Assembly: GCA_010093995.1 (NCBI GenBank)
Contig: ML992501.1
Span: 702,227-766,226, forward strand
Direction of reading: 5' to 3'
DNA length: 64,000 bases
Origin: Elsinoe ampelina
Lineage: Eukaryota
The notes beneath the pieces are model-generated. The model saw nothing but the letters and a program-made list of their open reading frames with translations, searched no databases and was not told the origin of the DNA. Positions 59,383-64,000 of the stretch are shown one piece after another. Numbering within the stretch: position 1 is the first letter of the stretch; each line of letters begins with the position of its first letter. Position numbers and translations under genes: made by a program.

Positions 59383-62039
59383 ATGCATTCCTCAACTCAC
59401 TCGATCGGCAAATCGCCGCATCCAAACCGGTCAGGCGGTGGAATTCCCGCACCCTCACATCTAAATATCGGTGAGACCGCACGTCTTGCTTCACTACGAC
59501 GCTCTACACCTGATTCGGAAGCCATCTTGTCTTCAGACGACGAGCATGACCTCACCAGATCCGTTCAATCTCTCACTGGTCGGTCAACAAAGCAATCGAC
59601 CATGGTATCCGAAGGCTCATGGTTAAGTGAGATCCAGTCCGGTCCTCCTCGGCGTCCTTCGGCCACAACTACCACATCGAACCTCTCCCAGCCTCCGACA
59701 CCGTCAGAGCAAATTCAAGATTCGAACGGCTGGCCATTTCAGAGCCCTCTCGCTAGGGTCTCATCTCATCCGGTGACGTCTTCCTGGAATTCATCTAATC
59801 CTTGGAGTGCACAACCGCGCTTACAAAGCGACGAGAGGCACCAAGCATTGCCAGGAAGTCGAGAGGGCGCAGCACCGTACTCGATACCGCTGCAGCCTAT
59901 TCCGAAGACGCACAGATCACAGTCATATTCAGTCGGCCAGATGGAGTCTGAGCTATCAACGTCTGCCGCTCAAGGTTCATCACTAGATCAGCAAAGGAGA
60001 ACGCCATCTCAGCAACTACCACACCGTCCATCGAGACCAAGCATGTTGAGTGAAGTGTTTGAGGGACCTGATCAAACGCATGGGCAAGGTTACGGAGCTG
60101 ACATGTACGGATCACGCAGTGCAACGAGCCCGATGAGCCCAGACGCCAGACGCGAAAACGTGGTCGAATCGTCGCACAACCCCCTCCTCCGTCATGCAAC
60201 CAAGGCAAGAGCACGACATGGCCAAAGCGCTTCCACCTCGGATACGCGCAGTCCAACAGGATTTCACCCCGCCTATCATGTCCCACCTGTGCTACCAGCC
60301 AGCGAAGAGGCCATCGACGAAGAGCCCGAACCCTTTGGCGCCGCTGGTCTCACCCGCCGATTCAGTGAGCTCACTGGGCTCGGTGCGCCTGGAGAAGCCG
60401 CACGTCGTGGCCAATGGCAGTCATCACTCGGGTTTGGTACCTTGCCCGACATCCCTCAAAGCCGCCGCCATTCCATGGCCGAGATGCCCACTCGGCGCAA
60501 TTCCCTCGTCGGTGCTCTCGATCAGGGCGGTCCTTTCTCTCCACTCGACGATCCAGATACTTTGGCGTCTGCCAACGATCCCTTTCAGAGTGCTCTCGCA
60601 CAGACTCGTAAGCTGTACATGAGTCGATTGGCAGATATCATGCTGACCCTTTCAGACGATCGCGACATGCAAAATCGCAGCTATGCTCAATCCTACTTTT
60701 CCGGCATCGGTCCTGCTCTGCGCAGCCGCATCGAGAGCAGCCAATCTCCTGTGTCTTCCGGCATGCACAACCTCTCTTACCAGCACAGTCCTCCGCAAGG
60801 TCTATTCTCTCGTCCCGGACAAGACACACCCCTGTACTTGGTCTCATTCAAATGTGCACGCGCAGAAGTATACTACGTCGCCGACAATACCGGTCTTAGT
60901 GTCAAAGCAGGAGATCTGGTCATCGTCGAGGCCGACCGTGGCCACGATCTCGGTACTGTACTGTACGCCAAGATCAGCTGGAACCAGGCCAGGGAGGCCA
61001 AACAAAGAGCTAATGACGAACACTACCGCTGGTTGATGATGTTCTCCCGTCACAATCAAGCTTCTGAAGGATCGAGCACTGGAGGTACTGGAGGTATGAT
61101 GGCTGGCTCGGCTCCCGACAGATCACCGAACACTATCCCATCAGGCACCGCGGTGTTCAATCCCAGTATGATCGACGCTAAGAACAGGGACACCGAGCTC
61201 AAGCCCAAGATGATCAAAAGACTTGCGCAGCCCCACGAGATCGCTACCTTGCGAGACAAAGAAGGGAACGAAGCCAAGGCGAAGCGTATCTGCTCGCAGA
61301 AAGTCAATGAAATGAAGCTCGATATGGAGATCTTGGATGCCGAGTTTCAAACGTTGGTGCCCAATTCACTTCGCACCAAGGCGCTAAGCTAATTATCTAT
61401 AGTGACTGGAAGAAGCTGACTTTCTTCTACTATGCCAATTCCTATGTCAATTTCAACGTCCTCGTCACCGATCTATTTAAGATTTACAAGACACGAATCT
61501 GGATGTCAGCTGTCAACCCAGCCTCCCTCAACACTGGTCCGCTTCCTCCTCCTCGTGGTCTTGGCCCTGGAGCAATTTCCGGTCGTGACAGCGCCCTCGG
61601 CCATCGTAGCGGCGGCTCTCGCAGCGGATACTCCAGTATGAGCTATGCCTCGGAGCAGTACGGATCGAGCAACCCATATCACGGCTTGAGTAGCAACAGC
61701 TCCTATGGCTACGGCGAAGAGCACAGATCAGCGGGGAACAGCCAATCACATACACCCTCTCAGCAAGCATACGACTTTATGGCCAGCTACAACTCCAGCC
61801 AGCAACATATGGGTGGTCAGAACTACAACGGCCACATGCAGAGCTATGGTTGGGGCGGCGGATACAATGGTGGCTATGCGGGCTATCAACCTGGGCCCAT
61901 GAATTTCGGATCTGGTATTGGGGCCCCCAACTCGCGCGGCACAACACACGACCAGAACGCAGGATACGGTATGCCTGGTCGTGCCGCCATGAGTCCCATT
62001 TCACCTCCTGGCAGTCATGTTCCCAGGGGCCAGCAATAG
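59383..62039 (+). CDS. PSP1 C-terminal domain protein (Psp1-like), 3 exons
   Basis: LYLVSFKCARAEVYY, GDLVIVEADRGHDLG, KPKMIKRLAQPHE, MEILDAEFQ/DWKKLTFFY...LFKIYKTRIWMSAVNPAS. Introns 60608-60655 and ~61353-61402. Confidence 0.88.
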
Positions 62040-62419
62040 GACAGGGGGTACTAGACGAACTTGTGGAGCATTGCCAGGACTCACGATATCAGGGTTGGGT
62101 TGGTACAGGAAGGTGGATAGATAGCTCGTGGCATGCAAGGAGTATTTGGTGCAGCTGTCACAGTGCAATGCATATGGGAAGAAAGGAAGCGAAGAATGCG
62201 AAAGGGTATCACGTTTCTCCAGCAAAGATTGAAGGCATGGCAAACGGACGATGCAATAGGGCCGGCTGAGTATACTCTTCCGTACTGTATTTTATACCAC
62301 ACGATTTCATGCTTTTTGGCCTCGGGCAGAGCAATGGTTTTCAACGCAGGGAGCTGGCTCCAGATGATGGATATGCGCGTTTTTGCTGGTGTAACTGTGT
62401 TGACTTCCCGTCCCTAAAG

Positions 62420-62535
62420 CACTGTCACCTTTCGATTTAACAGTACCACCTTTCGATTTCATACTACCAGCTTTCGGTTCAGTACTGCCAGCTCTCGGTT
62501 CAGTACGACCAACTTTGGGTCTAGCATTACCACCT
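62420..62535. repeat. Degenerate 21-bp tandem repeat (~5 units, AGTACTRCCAGCTYTCGGTTC-like)
   Basis: Visible periodicity between PSP1 and the next gene. Confidence 0.65.
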
Positions 62536-62641
62536 TCATTTCCCCTTCCGCGATACTTACTTCTGTTCCTACCAGCTGTCACTCCTACCGTCTGCAGAGG
62601 TAACTAACACTCTCCGCGGACTATAGCCCACAGCAAGCCAA

Positions 62642-63983
62642 ATGGCACCTAAGCGAACGGCAGCGTCCAGCAGTAAGCAAAACCTCCTTAGTCAAGATGC
62701 TACTGACAGCTCTTGCAGATCATACAACAACAGCACCAGCCAGCAAGAGAGCTAGAGTGGACTCAGTCAATTACGGTGAGCTAGATGAAGACGACGAGCA
62801 GCCCGATCCAGGACGTGAAGATAGCGAGTAATTGATCACCCTTATCCCAATCGACCATGCCGCCAATACTGACACGCTGACAGTAACAGAGCGACTCTGA
62901 CCAGAGCTACTCGCAAGAAGGGTAAAGAAGCCACTCAACAACATCCATGGGCTGTCAAGATGCTCGATAAGATTGAGGAGGACAAGACGGAGATGCTCAG
63001 CACCATTGCTCAGATCGAGCAAAAGCGGTATGTCCTTGCTCCCGTTTCTTGTACTCTGCTGTTGTGGAACTACTCTCGATTTCATGAAGCCGAATCACTC
63101 GCGTGCTTGGGTGATCATATCCATATCTGCGCCCGTTGGCAATCCAGCACGATGCTAATGCATGTTTCCCAGCCTATCCACCCTCTCTGACCATCGCCGG
63201 TCCCTAGTCGACCTCGGAAAACATCTCACACCTATTTTTCCGCTACCTTGCACAAGCGGTCCAACAGCGAGGTCCTCCTCCGCCGAATCTGCCATCAATG
63301 AACAAACTCCTGTGGATCTTGATCCGACCAGCACCGCCCTCCTCACTAGCTGTACCTCACTTCTCAGTCTCTACAACTCTCTCAACACCTCGCTCGCATC
63401 TCTCGGAACCAACGCATTCATGCCAGGAACAGAAGTAGCAGCGCTACCTACACCTGCCTCCCTCGCCACCAGTCGAACCGACACCGAGAAACTGCTCCTT
63501 GCTGGGTTCAAAGTAGCAGCGAGGAGCATAGGGCGCAGCATAGATCCCCAGGTGAACATCTTCACCGATCCCAAGAGTACTGATGGCGAGGAGAATGGCG
63601 ATGTGAGAGGAGACAATACCGACAGTTCTAGCAGGAAAGACAGACAAGGTAGGACGAAAACACTGGTAGTCGACGGAAGGCTGGTCACCGTCCTCGACCA
63701 CGACACCGACAGTACAGGCAAGGAGAACAACCCTCCCGCTCCCTCTGCAGACAACGAGACTGGTAGAGCAAGGAACATCCGAGACGTGACAGCAGAAGAC
63801 GAGGCGAGGTGGACGGCGACTCTGCTCAGTCATGGACAAGCCGAAGGCGAGGACCAACCACCAGATGAGGACGAGAACGGCGAGGTCGTGGCGATGACGA
63901 CATGGCTCAGAGACGTGGAAAAGGGAGCGAAGAGGATGCTCAAGCATTGTACTCGCGAGATGGAGGAGGAGCAGGTCTTCTGA
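62642..63983 (+). CDS. Hypothetical protein, 4 exons
   Basis: MAPKRTAASS start; canonical introns (GTAAGC ~62673, GTAATT ~62827, GTATGT ~63028, each with CTRAC/CTAAT and AG) join the ORFs; last exon ends EEEQVF*. Confidence 0.65.
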
Positions 63984-64000
63984 TCGACTGCGTTGACTCG

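Noticed and set aside
1..64000. tRNA, rRNA, CRISPR array or secondary-metabolite cluster
   Set aside because: None recognised by eye; the genes are functionally unrelated and no backbone enzyme is present.

Overview
Gene-dense DNA from a filamentous ascomycete (Pezizomycotina-type short GT-AG introns with CTRAC branch sites; exact taxon not determinable here). About 20 host genes: BYE1, a GH16 glucanase, BUD22, HBS1/SKI7, a 2-hydroxyacid dehydrogenase, a histidine-phosphatase/PGAM-like protein, IDO, SNU23, TOP2, a divergent Xbp1-like APSES factor, a mitochondrial 2-oxoglutarate/malate carrier, NSE2/MMS21, RPN4, a PSP1-domain protein and several secreted or hypothetical proteins. The centre (29548-43394) is a 13.8-kb AT-rich block destroyed by RIP. 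It is a Ty1/Copia element (142-bp LTRs, GAAAT TSD) with a complete Ty3/Gypsy chromovirus (463-bp LTRs, CTACA/CTATA TSD) inserted in its RT motif. Manually reversing RIP changes reveals an antisense Zn(II)2Cys6 plus coiled-coil accessory gene in the Gypsy 3' region, an intact -1 frameshift signal, and an extended gag. The Copia also has a 1.8-kb extra 3' region. Other notable signals: a 750-nt in-frame Ski7-like cassette between alternative 5' splice sites in HBS1, a possible splice-switched PTS1-like C-terminus, mirror-image RIP protection of the outer LTR ends, and recurrent abrupt C-rich to G-rich skew flips inside genes. Exon boundaries and de-RIPed translations were read by eye, with no database searches.
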